A stretch of DNA of 64,000 nucleotides, from the NCBI GenBank assembly GCA_903928225.1, contig CAIYPU010000130.1, forward strand, positions 1,536 to 65,535. Reading direction: 5' to 3'. The position numbers and the translations under genes were made by a program. Below, one piece after another: positions 9,631 to 20,720 of the stretch; positions within the stretch are counted from its first letter, which is position 1; the number at the start of each line of letters is the position of its first letter. This DNA is from an uncultured Chlorobiaceae bacterium (GTDB lineage Bacteria; Bacteroidota; Chlorobiia; Chlorobiales; Chlorobiaceae). The notes beneath the pieces were generated by a model. The model did not search any database. It worked only from the letters and a program-made list of their open reading frames with translations, and was not told the DNA's origin.

Positions 9631-9933
9631 ATGGGCACGCAAACAGAGGAACAGCGGCAGAAGCAACTCTACTGCACAACGGGCAAGGTAGCCATGGAAA
9701 AACTTGAAAGCATCCGTTCGAAAATGCTCGACGATACAGCGACTTCGGATGACCGGCGGCTGGGTGAACTGCTGGCGGAAATTGTCGGGCTCGCGGCCAA
9801 CCGGGTATCAGCTGCGTTCAACGAAGAAGCCCTGCAGTCGGGTAAAACGGTATGGGTCGAGAGGACGTCGCAATCACATTTCCCTCATGTCCGGCTGCAC
9901 GGCGGCGCACTCGAAGACGACCCCATCGCCTGA
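9631..9933 (+). CDS. Hypothetical small protein (orphan ORF)
   Basis: The ORF runs 9592..9933 (TTG) and the first ATG is at 9631. Codon usage looks gene-like, but I recognise no family. It fills the gap between the groES promoter and the uvrA 3' end. Confidence 0.3.
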   Translation: MGTQTEEQRQKQLYCTTGKVAMEKLESIRSKMLDDTATSDDRRLGELLAEIVGLAANRVSAAFNEEALQSGKTVWVERTSQSHFPHVRLHGGALEDDPIA

Positions 9934-9944
9934 CCCTGCCCCAG

Positions 9945-12839
9945 TCAACGCCCGAGGCAAGCCTTGAGGCATCGACCGGTGAGTGAACGGTCATTGGTTG
10001 CCACATCTTCGGGAGTACCTTCAGCTACGATCTCTCCCCCCCTGTCTCCCGCACCGGGACCGAGGTCGATAACCCAGTCGGCCTGCATGATGATATCGGG
10101 ATTGTGTTCGATGATGACAAGAGTGTTCCCCTGGTCGAGCAGCTTGCGGAAACAGGCGTTCAGTTTGTTGATATCGTCGAAATGGAGCCCTGTTGTCGGC
10201 TCGTCGAAAATAAAGAGGGTATGTTCCACGTCCGCCCTTGCGATGAAGCTGGCAAGCTTAAGGCGTTGCGCCTCCCCGCCGCTGAGCGTGCTCGAAGACT
10301 GTCCGAGCCTGACATAGCTCAGCCCGACTTCATCAAGCACGGAGAGTTTTTTCCGGATCGCTTTGTCGCCGGAGAAAAATTCAAGGGCTTCCTCGATGGT
10401 CATGTCGAGCACTTCGGCAATCGAGCGGCCCCGGTACTTCACTTCGAGGGTCTCCTGTTTGTAGCGAAGGCCGTTGCACTCCTCGCATACGGCCTCGATA
10501 TCGGCGAGAAACTGCATCTCGATATGCACGCTGCCTTCGCCCGCACAGGTTTCACAACGTCCGCCGGGAATGTTGAATGAGAAGTAGCCGGCTTTCCACC
10601 CTCTTGCCTTCGCATCCTTTGTCTGCGCGAAAAGCATCCGGATATCGTCGAAAATCTTCAGGTAGGTGGCCGGGTTGCTTCGGCTTGATTTTCCTATGGG
10701 CGACTGGTCGACCTGCTCGACACGATCGACGAGCCAGGTCCCGGTGATCGAACGGTGCGTGCCGACCTTCTCCTTCAGGCCCGTCTTTTCCTTGATGATG
10801 CCTTTGCCGAGGATATCGTTCACCAGCGTCGATTTCCCCGAACCGCTCACGCCGGTGACGCAGGTCATGATCCCGAGGGGAAAACGAACGTCGATATTCT
10901 TCAGGTTGTTCTGCAGTGCTCCTCTGATCTCGATGCAGGAACTGAAATCCGGTGCGGTGCGCCTTTCCGGCAGGGCAATGTGCTTGCGGCCGCTCAGGTA
11001 CTGCGCGGTAAGCGATTCGCCGGATGCCCTCATCTCGTCTACAGTCCCCTGGAAGACCAGTTCGCCTCCAAGCCTGCCGGCAAAAGGGCCGAGGTCGATC
11101 ACTTCGTCCGCCGCCTCGATGATCTCCCGGTCGTGCTCGACCACAATGACCGTATTGCCGAGGTCGCGCAGTTTCCTGAGCAGTGATATGAGCCGGACAG
11201 AGTCGCTCTGGTGGAGCCCGATGCTCGGTTCGTCGAGGATATAGACCGCGCCGACAAGCGGCGAGCCAAGCGATGTCGAGAGGTTGATGCGCTGAAACTC
11301 GCCTCCGCTGAGCGTATGGGTGAGCCGGTCGAGCGTCAGGTAGTTGAGTCCGACGTCGAGCAGGTAGCCGAGCCGTTTGGTGATCTCCTGAAGCACGGCT
11401 TCGGCCACCTTCCTGTCGAAAGGCGAAATATCGAGGTTCAGGAAAAATTCATGGGCGTCGGCGATGTTCATGCGGGTCACCTCGCCGATGCTGCTGCCTG
11501 AAACCCTCACGAGACGTGCATCGGGGTTAAGCCTGCTCCCTTCGCATTCCGGGCAGGTGGCATAGCCGCGGTACCGGCTCAGGAAAACGCGGTAATGCAT
11601 CTTGTAGCCGGCGTCGCGCTCGATTTCGGCGAAAAATGGCCTGATCCCCTTGTACCGGTCTTCGCCGAGGCCTTTCCAGATGATGTCCTTGTGGATATGG
11701 GAAAGTTTCTCATACGGCACGTCGGTCGGAATGCCGGCCGCAGGCGCCGCCTTCAGGAGCTGGCGGAGGTTCCAGCGGTACTTTTCAGAATTCCAGCATG
11801 CGATTGCCCCCTCGGCAATGGAAAGCGATTTGTCGGGAACCACCACATCCTCGTCGATACCGGCAATGCGCCCGAAACCCTGGCATTCGGTACATGCGCC
11901 GATCGGAGAATTGAAGGCGAAAAGCTGGGGCGAAGGCTCCTGGTACTCGATGCCGTTGAGTTCGAGCCGGTCGCTGAAACGGAAAACCTTTCCGCCCGCT
12001 ACCTTCAGTACAGCATAGCCACCGGATTCGTTGAAGCAGGTTTCCGCAGCCTGGGAAACCCTGCTGAGCACCTTTTCGTCATTTTTGGCCACGAAACGGT
12101 CGACGAGCACCAGAAGATGGGATCGCTCTTCAGCAGGCATATCGAGCACTTTCCTGCAGATCCTTTCATCGTTGAGATCAAGAACGCTGTCCCCTTCGAC
12201 AACCCTGAAAAAACCCTTTTTCAGGAGGTTCCCTATCTCTTCCTGCACGGTGGAATGACGGTGCCCGTTGCGTTCGTGCGAAGGAAAGAAAAAACCGGCA
12301 TAAAATTTCGTGCCTTCATCGAAAAACGAAGCCTGCAGGCCGACATCGTCAGGAGTATGCTTGAGGACAAGCTCGTTGGTGTCACGGGAATAGATTTTAC
12401 CGATCCTCGCAAAAAGAAGACGGAGGTAATCATAGATCTCCGAAACCGTACCCACCGTCGAACGGGGATTCTTCGGAATCGCTTTCTGCTCGATGGCTAT
12501 CGCCGGCGCAATGCCTTCGACGCTCTCGATGTCAGGGCGAGGCATACGCTCGAGGAACTGCCTCACATAAGCGGAAAGCGATTCGACATAACGGCGGTGC
12601 CCTTCGGCATAGAGCGTGTCAAAAGCCAGGCTTGATTTCCCGGAACCGCTCACACCGGTCAGCACGACAAAACGGTTGCGGGGAATACGAACGGTTATGT
12701 TCCTCAGATTGTGGGTGGCGATACCCCTGAGTACGATATCTGGCAGCGCCCCTCGGTGAGCGGGGGTACAGGATTTTTGCATAGTCATTTGGAGCGTACT
12801 CTCCCGAGTATTTTTGACCGGGATGTTTGGGTGGAACAT
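9945..12839 (-). CDS. uvrA: Excinuclease ABC subunit A
   Basis: 964-aa ORF with two ABC modules (GVSGSGKSSLAFDT and GVSGSGKSTLVNDI), LSGGE signatures and zinc-finger cysteines (CTECQG, CPECEG, CETCAGEG...CEECNG). The true start may be an internal Met near 12788. Confidence 0.95.
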   Translation of the reverse strand: MFHPNIPVKNTRESTLQMTMQKSCTPAHRGALPDIVLRGIATHNLRNITVRIPRNRFVVLTGVSGSGKSSLAFDTLYAEGHRRYVESLSAYVRQFLERMPRPDIESVEGIAPAIAIEQKAIPKNPRSTVGTVSEIYDYLRLLFARIGKIYSRDTNELVLKHTPDDVGLQASFFDEGTKFYAGFFFPSHERNGHRHSTVQEEIGNLLKKGFFRVVEGDSVLDLNDERICRKVLDMPAEERSHLLVLVDRFVAKNDEKVLSRVSQAAETCFNESGGYAVLKVAGGKVFRFSDRLELNGIEYQEPSPQLFAFNSPIGACTECQGFGRIAGIDEDVVVPDKSLSIAEGAIACWNSEKYRWNLRQLLKAAPAAGIPTDVPYEKLSHIHKDIIWKGLGEDRYKGIRPFFAEIERDAGYKMHYRVFLSRYRGYATCPECEGSRLNPDARLVRVSGSSIGEVTRMNIADAHEFFLNLDISPFDRKVAEAVLQEITKRLGYLLDVGLNYLTLDRLTHTLSGGEFQRINLSTSLGSPLVGAVYILDEPSIGLHQSDSVRLISLLRKLRDLGNTVIVVEHDREIIEAADEVIDLGPFAGRLGGELVFQGTVDEMRASGESLTAQYLSGRKHIALPERRTAPDFSSCIEIRGALQNNLKNIDVRFPLGIMTCVTGVSGSGKSTLVNDILGKGIIKEKTGLKEKVGTHRSITGTWLVDRVEQVDQSPIGKSSRSNPATYLKIFDDIRMLFAQTKDAKARGWKAGYFSFNIPGGRCETCAGEGSVHIEMQFLADIEAVCEECNGLRYKQETLEVKYRGRSIAEVLDMTIEEALEFFSGDKAIRKKLSVLDEVGLSYVRLGQSSSTLSGGEAQRLKLASFIARADVEHTLFIFDEPTTGLHFDDINKLNACFRKLLDQGNTLVIIEHNPDIIMQADWVIDLGPGAGDRGGEIVAEGTPEDVATNDRSLTGRCLKACLGR

Positions 12840-12885
12840 GATGGTTGTTCACGCAAAAGAAGGGAGCTTCTCGGTACCTTAAAAG

Positions 12886-13299
12886 TCATCGTTCTTTATG
12901 ATGCAGGAGGTCGTCTATGGTTGTCGATGCAAGGAGGTCCTGGATACGGTTCTGCAGGCTGTTCATATACCCCCTGTGCTGGCAGGAGGAACTGATCTCG
13001 CAGTTGCTGAGTCTGACACCGCATCGCACAATATGGGGTTTACCCTCGATGGCGACGGCAATGTCGGCCAGGGTTATCGATTCGGGACCCTTTGCAAACC
13101 TGTAGCCCCCCTTGACTCCCTGGACGGAGATTATGATCCCGCTCCGCTTGAGGCTCTGCATCGCTTTTGAAAGGAATTCCTGGGAAAAGCCGATTTCATC
13201 GGCAATCTCTTTGACGGTAACAACCCGATCGCGGCCCCTGGAGGCCAGATAGGTGACGGCATGAAGCCCGTATTCGAATTTTCTTGAAACCTGTAGCAT
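12886..13299 (-). CDS. Rrf2-family transcriptional regulator (IscR/BadM-like)
   Basis: 137-aa ORF. MLQVSRKFEYGLHAVTYLA...VTVKEIADEIGFSQEFLSKAMQSLKRSGII is a winged-helix region. The C-terminal cysteines (CGVRLSNCEISSSC) are compatible with Fe-S ligation. Confidence 0.85.
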   Translation of the reverse strand: MLQVSRKFEYGLHAVTYLASRGRDRVVTVKEIADEIGFSQEFLSKAMQSLKRSGIIISVQGVKGGYRFAKGPESITLADIAVAIEGKPHIVRCGVRLSNCEISSSCQHRGYMNSLQNRIQDLLASTTIDDLLHHKER

Positions 13300-13435
13300 G
13301 CATTTCTCCCTCTTTTCAGGGGAATGGGGGTGCTCCCACTGCTTTCTACCATTGTGATTTATTTTATATTAAAGACGTAGAACAGGAAGAACCCCTTATA
13401 AGTTTGAAAATATCCGGATTTTATCGAGAGTTTCC

Positions 13436-14308
13436 ATGAGCAAGTCTGCGAAGGATAAATATTTTCTCTGGCAGTTTTCCCCTGAGGACGAGGCAAAAAT
13501 CAGATATCAGGAATACGGCCCCGACAACAGCGGAAAGCCTCCGCTGCTTTTCATCCATGGTTATGGCGCCATGCTTGAGCACTGGAACAGGAACATTCCT
13601 GAATTTGCCGGTGACTACAAAATCTATGCGATGGACCTTATCGGTTTCGGAAAATCACAGAAACCGAACGTCCGCTACCGCCTCGAGCTTTTCGCAGCCC
13701 AGATAGAGGCTATCATGAAACTCAAGGGACTCGATTCGGTCATCATTGTAGGTCACTCGATGGGAGCGGCGAGCGGAATATATTTCGCCCACCACATGCC
13801 CGATAAAGTCAGGGCACTCATCCTTGCCAACCCATCCGGGCTCTTTGGGGATACGATGGAGGGGATGACCAGTGTTTTTTTCGGTCTGATCGGTTCACCA
13901 GTCATAGGTGAAGTACTGTTTTCAGCCTTCGCCAACCCAATGGGGGTCAGCCAGAGCCTTCTTCCGACCTATTACAACCAGAACAGGGTCGACCTGAAGC
14001 TCATAAATCAATTCAGCCAGCCCCTGCGGGACAAAGGCGCACTCCACTCGTACCTTTCACCGTCAAAAAGGCCCCACGACTTCAGGCTCGACAATCTGCC
14101 GAAACCAAGCAATTACAAGGGGGATGCTTTCCTGGTCTGGGGAGCCGAAGATACGGCGCTTCCACCCCAGAAAATCATACCGGAATTCCAGGAACTCCTG
14201 CCGCAGGCAGGCGCTTTCATCGTCCCGAAAGCATCCCATTGCATCCATCATGACGACCATGAGGCCTTCAACAGAAGGCTCGCGCACATCCTGAAATCTC
14301 TTCAGTAG
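13436..14308 (+). CDS. Alpha/beta-fold hydrolase
   Basis: 290-aa ORF with [10 protein letters not shown], a nucleophile elbow (GHSMGA) and a C-terminal SHCIHHD. Confidence 0.85.
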   Translation: MSKSAKDKYFLWQFSPEDEAKIRYQEYGPDNSGKPPLLFIHGYGAMLEHWNRNIPEFAGDYKIYAMDLIGFGKSQKPNVRYRLELFAAQIEAIMKLKGLDSVIIVGHSMGAASGIYFAHHMPDKVRALILANPSGLFGDTMEGMTSVFFGLIGSPVIGEVLFSAFANPMGVSQSLLPTYYNQNRVDLKLINQFSQPLRDKGALHSYLSPSKRPHDFRLDNLPKPSNYKGDAFLVWGAEDTALPPQKIIPEFQELLPQAGAFIVPKASHCIHHDDHEAFNRRLAHILKSLQ

Positions 14309-14340
14309 TTCTCTTCAGGAAAATATCCGGAGGGATTGCG

Positions 14341-16980
14341 CTACCAGCCTTTCGCAGAATTGCCCGCATTGAAACGGATATCCGAAAACTGCGGGGCCTT
14401 GAGGCCGATCTGGATTCCGAAGCTCCTGAACTCCCCGAATGGCACCATCTGGAAACCGAACTGCCAGCAATGCAGGTCACGATAGACCTGTATCATTGGA
14501 AATACGAGCTCTTCGTTTCCGAAATCATAGCCTGAATCCAGTTCGATCTGCCACTTTCTCATAATCGAGACTTTCGCGGAAGTATTGAGCAGGTAGTTTG
14601 CCTGCCCTGCAACAAGCGGATTACTTTTATCGCTCTGAAGAAAGAGGGATGCACGCAACTCCCAGGGAATGGAAAAATCGATCGAATCGAAATTGTTTCT
14701 GTTGAAGCGGTTCTGGTACATGGAACGTGCAGCATTGGGTAAAACCGGCACCGTCGGCTGGCCGGTTGAACCGTCACTCCTTCTGCCCTGTACGTAAAGG
14801 CTCATGTTGAGAAATCCTTTCACAAAACGCAACAGGCCCTTGCCCTCCGAACTGTTTGTACGGCCGGACCTTTCGCCGGTAACCGGATCATAACTGTAAA
14901 AATCATACATGCCGCCTGCGCTGAAGAGCAGGTTGTCCGACAAGGCATTGCTCGTGGCAACGATGGTAAGCGGCTCAACGGGGCATTTGGCGGCAGCGAA
15001 GTTATATGCTGCAGAAGCGGTCAGCGACAGGAGCTGCCTGGTATGATCGCCCGATGCGCTTCCATCGGCAGATTCGGGCCCCCTGAACTTGCCCTGTATG
15101 ATGTTTTTGAGGGTTATACCCAGAGAGCTCTGCCCTTCCGGCAATCCTGCGTATATATTGTTGTCAAAGCGGCTGAAAAACCGGGGGTCTGTCCAGTCAT
15201 ACAGCTTGTGGTAATAGTTATAAGCGCTTGCTGTAAAAGCAGGGTTCCAGGAATAGGTGACCGTCGGAATGAAAACATGCCTTATCGCCTTCAGCCCCGT
15301 GATATTTTCAAGGAACCCGGTATCGAGCGTACCGTAAAGCCTCGTCCCGGCATCGAGCATAAGGAGTGTCGAGGAAAAATCTTTCGAAGCATCTGCTGCA
15401 TGCCTGAAGTGGTTGAACGTCAATCCGGCATTGACGTTCAGATAGTTGAAAAATGTCGACTGCATCCTGAAAGGCAGCGTCACGCTCGTGCCGTCAAAGG
15501 TTTCATCGTAGAAATCTGCATCGGGGCGGCTTCTCTGGACCGCCACCCCCTGGGTGAAAAGTGACCTGCTGCCATCTCCAAGTTGCCGGAAATATCCTAT
15601 CTCGAGATTCGCATTGGCGGAATATCCGTAAACCGAACTTCCTCCGCCGATAGTCAGGTTTCCGGTATAAGCGGCGCTGCCGGTGATGGACAGATCGTTC
15701 AGCCAGTCTTCGCTGCCCGGGCTTCTGAACGGGTACATCCGGTTCTGATAGAACGAAGCACCCGTTTTCTGAAAGGAAGATTCGTCGATCAGATTCTCGG
15801 AACGGCCGTAGAACAAAGCCAGCAAGGCGTTGTCATCGTTGAAGGTCTTGCCGAAAGAGATATTTGAATTGGATTGCTGGTTGACGATCTCGAGCGGGTC
15901 CATCGAATTCAGGTCGTAATATCTGCTGCCTCCCTGAAGGTTCATATTGATATCGAGACGGGCTGTCGGATCAAATTCCTGATTGTGAATAAAATTGACA
16001 GTAGAACTGCGGTACCGCTTCGAATCGTCGCTGATGAAATAATTTTTATATTCTGCTGAAATTTCTCCGGTGAATGCGCCGGCTTTCGCATACCTCAGCC
16101 TTTCCCCGATCCTCCAGCTCCCGCTGAACGCGATATCGCCCTCGGATCGTAAATCCAGATAATCGTTGATGGCCCAGAAATAGCCGAATTTCGACAGATA
16201 CACTCCCCTGTCGTCATGTCCGATATGGGGTATAAGGAACCCTGATGCCCGGCCGGACCTGATGGGGAAAACCATATACGGCAGCACCAGAACCGGCAGC
16301 TCCGGAAGGCGTCGGGAGAAAAGCTCGGGCCTGACATGCAATTCGAAAGGCCTTGCAATGATACGACTGTCGGGTACGATGGTCAGGTGCGAGCTCGAAA
16401 ACCAGTAATGAGGCTCCGGTTCGTCGCAGGTGGTGAACATGCCGTCCCGTATCTCCATGGTTCCGTTTTCACGGCGCTCCACCGTTTTCCCGCTGAAAAT
16501 AACGCCATTAGTCGTCGACTGGATTTTCGACGATTCACCACTGCCTGTCCTGAAATTATACGTGATTTTGTCCGCCTTGAAACTGCCGCTGAGGTCTGAA
16601 AACTCTGCCTGGTTCGAAAGGCCATTCGACGGAATGGATGAACTCGTGGCCTGCAGAAGTTCAGTCTCGAGATCAACGGTTATCTCGGGAGCCTTGACGG
16701 CAGTGTTTGCATGGTTGAGACGGGCTTTTCCCCAGAGCTCCATCTTCTTGTTCCGGAGATCATAGATGACAGAATCCCGTGCCGAGAAATAGACGATGCC
16801 GTTCAGTCCGGGTTTTTCAGACCTGTCCGCCTGCCTGAGATCTTTTGTCCGCTTGACTTCCGTTTTCTTCTTCGGATGCCTCACAAAAGCAAAAGCCCCC
16901 CCCGGGAAGCAGCATGGCTCCACAATCGTAATGAGGCAAATCAGGGCCAGTACAGGGCTTTTTCCAGAAAAAAACTTCAC
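14341..16980 (-). CDS. lptD: LPS-assembly outer-membrane protein LptD/OstA-like
   Basis: 879-aa ORF with a signal peptide and an OstA-like N-terminal domain. It has the FTTCDEPEPHYWFSSSHLTI motif typical of LptD and a long beta-barrel-like C-terminus ending in aromatic residues. Confidence 0.72.
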   Translation of the reverse strand: MKFFSGKSPVLALICLITIVEPCCFPGGAFAFVRHPKKKTEVKRTKDLRQADRSEKPGLNGIVYFSARDSVIYDLRNKKMELWGKARLNHANTAVKAPEITVDLETELLQATSSSIPSNGLSNQAEFSDLSGSFKADKITYNFRTGSGESSKIQSTTNGVIFSGKTVERRENGTMEIRDGMFTTCDEPEPHYWFSSSHLTIVPDSRIIARPFELHVRPELFSRRLPELPVLVLPYMVFPIRSGRASGFLIPHIGHDDRGVYLSKFGYFWAINDYLDLRSEGDIAFSGSWRIGERLRYAKAGAFTGEISAEYKNYFISDDSKRYRSSTVNFIHNQEFDPTARLDINMNLQGGSRYYDLNSMDPLEIVNQQSNSNISFGKTFNDDNALLALFYGRSENLIDESSFQKTGASFYQNRMYPFRSPGSEDWLNDLSITGSAAYTGNLTIGGGSSVYGYSANANLEIGYFRQLGDGSRSLFTQGVAVQRSRPDADFYDETFDGTSVTLPFRMQSTFFNYLNVNAGLTFNHFRHAADASKDFSSTLLMLDAGTRLYGTLDTGFLENITGLKAIRHVFIPTVTYSWNPAFTASAYNYYHKLYDWTDPRFFSRFDNNIYAGLPEGQSSLGITLKNIIQGKFRGPESADGSASGDHTRQLLSLTASAAYNFAAAKCPVEPLTIVATSNALSDNLLFSAGGMYDFYSYDPVTGERSGRTNSSEGKGLLRFVKGFLNMSLYVQGRRSDGSTGQPTVPVLPNAARSMYQNRFNRNNFDSIDFSIPWELRASLFLQSDKSNPLVAGQANYLLNTSAKVSIMRKWQIELDSGYDFGNEELVFPMIQVYRDLHCWQFGFQMVPFGEFRSFGIQIGLKAPQFSDIRFNAGNSAKGW

Positions 16981-17139
16981 GCAGCAGGACTCCGCAAGAG
17001 TATGGCGATGTTTCGATGATAAAAGTTTAAATATATTATTTTATTTCAGGTATACGACCGGTGTTTTTCTGCCGAAGATATGGCATTGCATCGCGGAAAG
17101 CGGTCCATCCTGCAAATTATCTTAATCCTGATCCTTTCC

Positions 17140-18339
17140 ATGCTTCCGAAAGATTACTCTGCGCCCGATAAAACCGGCCACTTCGGTTTGTACGGCGGCA
17201 AATTCATCCCTGAGACTCTCATAAAAAATGCCGCAGAACTTGAAACGGAATATCTCAAAGCCAGGGACGACCCTTCTTTCAAGTCGGAATTTGAACATCT
17301 CCTCCGTGACTACGTTGGCAGGCCTACCCCTCTGTACCATGCAGAAAGGCTCAGCAGGTCTGCAGGCGGAGCGGGGATTTTCCTGAAAAGGGAAGATCTC
17401 TGCCATACCGGCGCCCATAAAATCAACAATGCACTGGGACAGGCGCTGCTCGCAAGGAGGATGGGGAAAAAACGGATCATCGCCGAAACCGGCGCAGGAC
17501 AGCATGGCGTCGCTACGGCAACGGTTTGCGCGCTCTTCAACCTTGAATGTATTGTTTACATGGGAGAAGAGGATATCAGGAGGCAGGCCCCGAACGTAGC
17601 GAGAATGAAACTGCTCGGAGCGACGGTCCGGCCTGTGACCAGCGGATCCAGGACACTGAAGGACGCTACGAGCGAAGCCATACGCGACTGGATGAACAAC
17701 CCCGAGGAAACCTTCTACATCATCGGCTCCGTTGTGGGAATGCATCCTTACCCCATGATAGTGAGGGACTTCCAGTCCGTCATAGGAAAAGAAACGCGTG
17801 AGCAGATCATCAGGCAGGCAGGCAGGCTTCCCGATGTCGTCACGGCATGTGTAGGAGGAGGAAGCAACGCGGCGGGCATGTTCTACGAATTCCTCGGTGA
17901 TACCGCAACCGTCGAACTCGTCGGTGTCGAGGCTGCCGGCGAAGGTCTTCAGGGAAAACATGCCGCTTCACTGACGCTCGGGAAACCCGGAGTGCTGCAC
18001 GGGGCCCTCACGAAACTCCTCCAGGACGAGGACGGACAGGTGCAGGAAGCCCATTCGATTTCAGCCGGACTCGATTATCCGGGAGTAGGCCCAGAGCATT
18101 GTTACTTTCAGGAACTCGGTCTGGTCACCTATACCTGCGCTACGGACAGTGAGGCACTCTTTGCGCTCAAGAAGCTCGCAGAGACCGAAGGAATCATCTG
18201 CGCACTCGAGTCGGCCCACGCCATGCACTATGCCCTGAAACGGGCCTCCACCATGCCGGATGACGGTATCCTGATCGTCAACCTTTCAGGGCGGGGAGAC
18301 AAGGATATGGAGACGATTATCCGCGAGCTCGGGTTGTGA
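17140..18339 (+). CDS. trpB: Tryptophan synthase beta chain
   Basis: The ORF runs 17080..18339. The ATG at 17140 gives [27 protein letters not shown]. The PLP-lysine region is [16 protein letters not shown]. Confidence 0.93.
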   Translation: MLPKDYSAPDKTGHFGLYGGKFIPETLIKNAAELETEYLKARDDPSFKSEFEHLLRDYVGRPTPLYHAERLSRSAGGAGIFLKREDLCHTGAHKINNALGQALLARRMGKKRIIAETGAGQHGVATATVCALFNLECIVYMGEEDIRRQAPNVARMKLLGATVRPVTSGSRTLKDATSEAIRDWMNNPEETFYIIGSVVGMHPYPMIVRDFQSVIGKETREQIIRQAGRLPDVVTACVGGGSNAAGMFYEFLGDTATVELVGVEAAGEGLQGKHAASLTLGKPGVLHGALTKLLQDEDGQVQEAHSISAGLDYPGVGPEHCYFQELGLVTYTCATDSEALFALKKLAETEGIICALESAHAMHYALKRASTMPDDGILIVNLSGRGDKDMETIIRELGL

Positions 18340-18446
18340 AACCACCGGGCAGAACACTTCCTCGAGTACTGGAAAAAGCATGAAAAGAAAATTCACAAAG
18401 GAGTTGCACGGAAATAAAATATCTTTATATTTATGCCCATAACGAC

Positions 18447-18520
<74 letters not shown>

Positions 18521-18537
18521 AACGACATATCTCATGC

Positions 18538-18562
18538 AAAGCCTCTTCACGGAGGCTTTTTC
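18538..18562 (+). terminator. Rho-independent terminator after tRNA-Gly
   Basis: AAAGCCTC-ttcacg-GAGGCTTTTTC is a hairpin followed by a T-run. Confidence 0.6.
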
Positions 18563-18808
18563 ATTGCATACCCTCCCTTCTCCCGAATATCCTTCCCGAT
18601 CCCTTGTAATCGATCCTGCGACAACAGATACCTGCTTATCATCAAAAGAACTTCGTATTCCGATCATTCTGAGCTCCCCGTATCCGACCACTACCGCACA
18701 GGGGCCATGAATAATAAGACCGAAAATTTGTCAAAAGCAGTGTTTGTTCATGGAAAGCCGATCGGAAAATCCTGTTATTTTTATTTTGTAAACAGGTGAA
18801 TTTTTCCT

Positions 18809-18836
18809 GATTCATCGCTTCACTCAGAATGACAAA
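18809..18836. repeat. Half-site fragment of the palindromic 'cagaatgac' repeat family
   Basis: gattcatcgcttcactcagaatgacaaa resembles the right arm ggattcttcacttcgttcagaatgac of the element at 24637..24785. Confidence 0.5.
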
Positions 18837-18875
18837 CCGCTCTTCTGAATTCATTTGTGACTTTCAGTCGAGTGA

Positions 18876-20720
18876 ATGACAAAAACAAGATTCGAACTGG
18901 ACATGCTGAACGTCAAGCACCTGATCACCTTTTCCGGGCCGAGCCCTTTTGCCATGGAACCCGTCGTGGTGGCAGCTATCGACCTGCCGGGCGAGTATCC
19001 TTATACTGGAGAAGGCCTCAGGCAGGGATGCAGACGGCTGCAAAAAGAGTTCCCCGATTGGATTTCAACCGAATTTACCCAGGATGTCCCGACTGGCGAA
19101 GAGATAGGGACAGTAATCGTACAATGGGCTCTCGGTGCCCTTAACGAAGTCAGGGGTTTCCTTCATGATTCCGGTTCGGTAACCACACCGGAGGGAGCCC
19201 TGATCTGGATCGGCTACCACCTTCCCTCGGTAAGCATCCAGGCCCTCGAACTGGGCTTGGATATCCTCAAACACGCCTGCCTGGATGAAGGATTTTGCCG
19301 CTCTGCGGCTGATGCGAGCCTTGCATCGTTCTGGCAGGTCTGCAGAGCGCACCATCCCGACTATCAGGCGCATATTCTCATGCAGGGTGCCCGGTCCAGG
19401 GTGATTCCCTTTATGCCTTTCATCCCGAATACAAGATACTGGCAGTTCGGCTGGGGATGCCGCTCTGAGATTTTCTTCGAATCATCGTCAAATGCTGACG
19501 GAGCGCTGGGGTTCCAATTCCAGCATTCAAAAATCCTTTCAAAGAATGTTTTCGAAAAACTTGGTTTTCCAACACCAGCTGCCCGGCTTGCCGGAAATAA
19601 AAGAGAACTTGAAGAAGCTGCAGAACAGGTGGGATGGCCCTGTGTTCTGAAACCGATATCCGGCGGGAAAGGAAAAGGAGTCACCGTAGGAATCCGGAAC
19701 ATGTCTGAACTGGAGAGGGCGTTCGATCATACAAAAGGGGTTACCGACAGGCCATTGCTGGTCGAAAGGTTTGTTCCCGGCTATGATCACCGGCTGACAA
19801 TCATCGGAGGAAAGTTGACGGCCGCCACCCGCCGCAATGCACCTTATGTAACAGGTGATGGAAAGAGTACAATACTTGAACTGATCGAGAACGTCAACAG
19901 AGAAAGAACGGATAACCTTGTCAAAAGCAGGTTTCTCTGTCCAGTGCCTGTAGATGAGACCCTTCTGCTGTACCTTTCACAGCAGGGATTGGAACTTGAT
20001 ACAATCCCCGCTTCAGAAATAAAGATAACCCTGAGGGCCAACGCCAACATCTCAACGGGTGGAACAGCTACCGATGTAAGCAGCCTGGTGCATCCCGATG
20101 TCAGAAAAATGGCTGAAACCATTGCAAAAACCATGGGGCTCTCAACAGCAGGTGTCGATTATATCACAGAGGATATCGGAAAACCCTGGTGCGAAGGCGG
20201 TGCGATCATCGAGATTAATTCCACTCCCGGCCTGGATGTCGCTCTATGCGGAGGAACAAATGTTATCGAACTTTCCTGCAGAGCCCTTGGTGACATTGTC
20301 GGACGGATACCGTTCCAATTGGTCATCGCAGGAGAGCCTGAAATCCGGGCCGCTGCTGAAAACCTCAAACAATATCGTTTCCGTGATGGAATTGGATGGA
20401 CTTGCTGCGGGTTCGAAACGCAAATCGGAAACATGCCTCTCTCCATTAGCGGTGATGGTACATGGCCCGGTATTCAATCATTGCTCATCAACCGGCTTGT
20501 GACTGAAGTCATCGCTGTCTGCACACCGGAGCAGATCATGAGGAACGGACTTCCTGTTGACCGGGTCGAACGCACCTGCATTTGCGGGGACTTGCCGTTG
20601 ATCGATGAATGGGTGGTTGTGCTCGAAGAGTGCAGTGGGTCCGTAGTCAAATTTTCCTCCTGGGACGAATGCTTCCGAATCCTGAGAACACATGCATCAG
20701 CAGATCGTAACCCAGAGTGA
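18876..20720 (+). CDS. Cyanophycin-synthetase-like ATP-grasp ligase: N domain and G (ATP-grasp) domain only, no Mur-ligase M domain, novel Cys-rich C-terminal tail
   Basis: 614-aa ORF. WPCVLKPISGGKGKGVTV, ERFVPGYDHRLTIIGGKL, APYVTGDGKSTILELIENVNRER, LRANANISTGGTATDV..HPD and GAIIEINSTPGLD line up with the CphA N+G region (VLKP..G.HGRG, GKDHRVLVV, GDGKSTI.ELIE..N, ANLSTGG.A.D, EVNAAPG) as I remember it. The last ~150 aa contain 7 Cys and no Mur-ligase GxxGKT motif. Confidence 0.75.
   Translation: MTKTRFELDMLNVKHLITFSGPSPFAMEPVVVAAIDLPGEYPYTGEGLRQGCRRLQKEFPDWISTEFTQDVPTGEEIGTVIVQWALGALNEVRGFLHDSGSVTTPEGALIWIGYHLPSVSIQALELGLDILKHACLDEGFCRSAADASLASFWQVCRAHHPDYQAHILMQGARSRVIPFMPFIPNTRYWQFGWGCRSEIFFESSSNADGALGFQFQHSKILSKNVFEKLGFPTPAARLAGNKRELEEAAEQVGWPCVLKPISGGKGKGVTVGIRNMSELERAFDHTKGVTDRPLLVERFVPGYDHRLTIIGGKLTAATRRNAPYVTGDGKSTILELIENVNRERTDNLVKSRFLCPVPVDETLLLYLSQQGLELDTIPASEIKITLRANANISTGGTATDVSSLVHPDVRKMAETIAKTMGLSTAGVDYITEDIGKPWCEGGAIIEINSTPGLDVALCGGTNVIELSCRALGDIVGRIPFQLVIAGEPEIRAAAENLKQYRFRDGIGWTCCGFETQIGNMPLSISGDGTWPGIQSLLINRLVTEVIAVCTPEQIMRNGLPVDRVERTCICGDLPLIDEWVVVLEECSGSVVKFSSWDECFRILRTHASADRNPE

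Noticed and set aside
5093-18339. trpA and trpB are unlinked (12 kb apart, on opposite strands), which I considered as a possible anomaly.
   Set aside because: Split trp genes are common outside the enterobacterial operon paradigm. Both genes look intact, and nothing in the sequence suggests a rearrangement scar.
18642-18854. 70-aa minus-strand ORF containing a VILSEA motif, downstream of tRNA-Gly.
   Set aside because: The motif is the translation of the 'cagaatgac' repeat half-site. The ORF has no Shine-Dalgarno and no family resemblance, so it is most likely repeat-derived noise.
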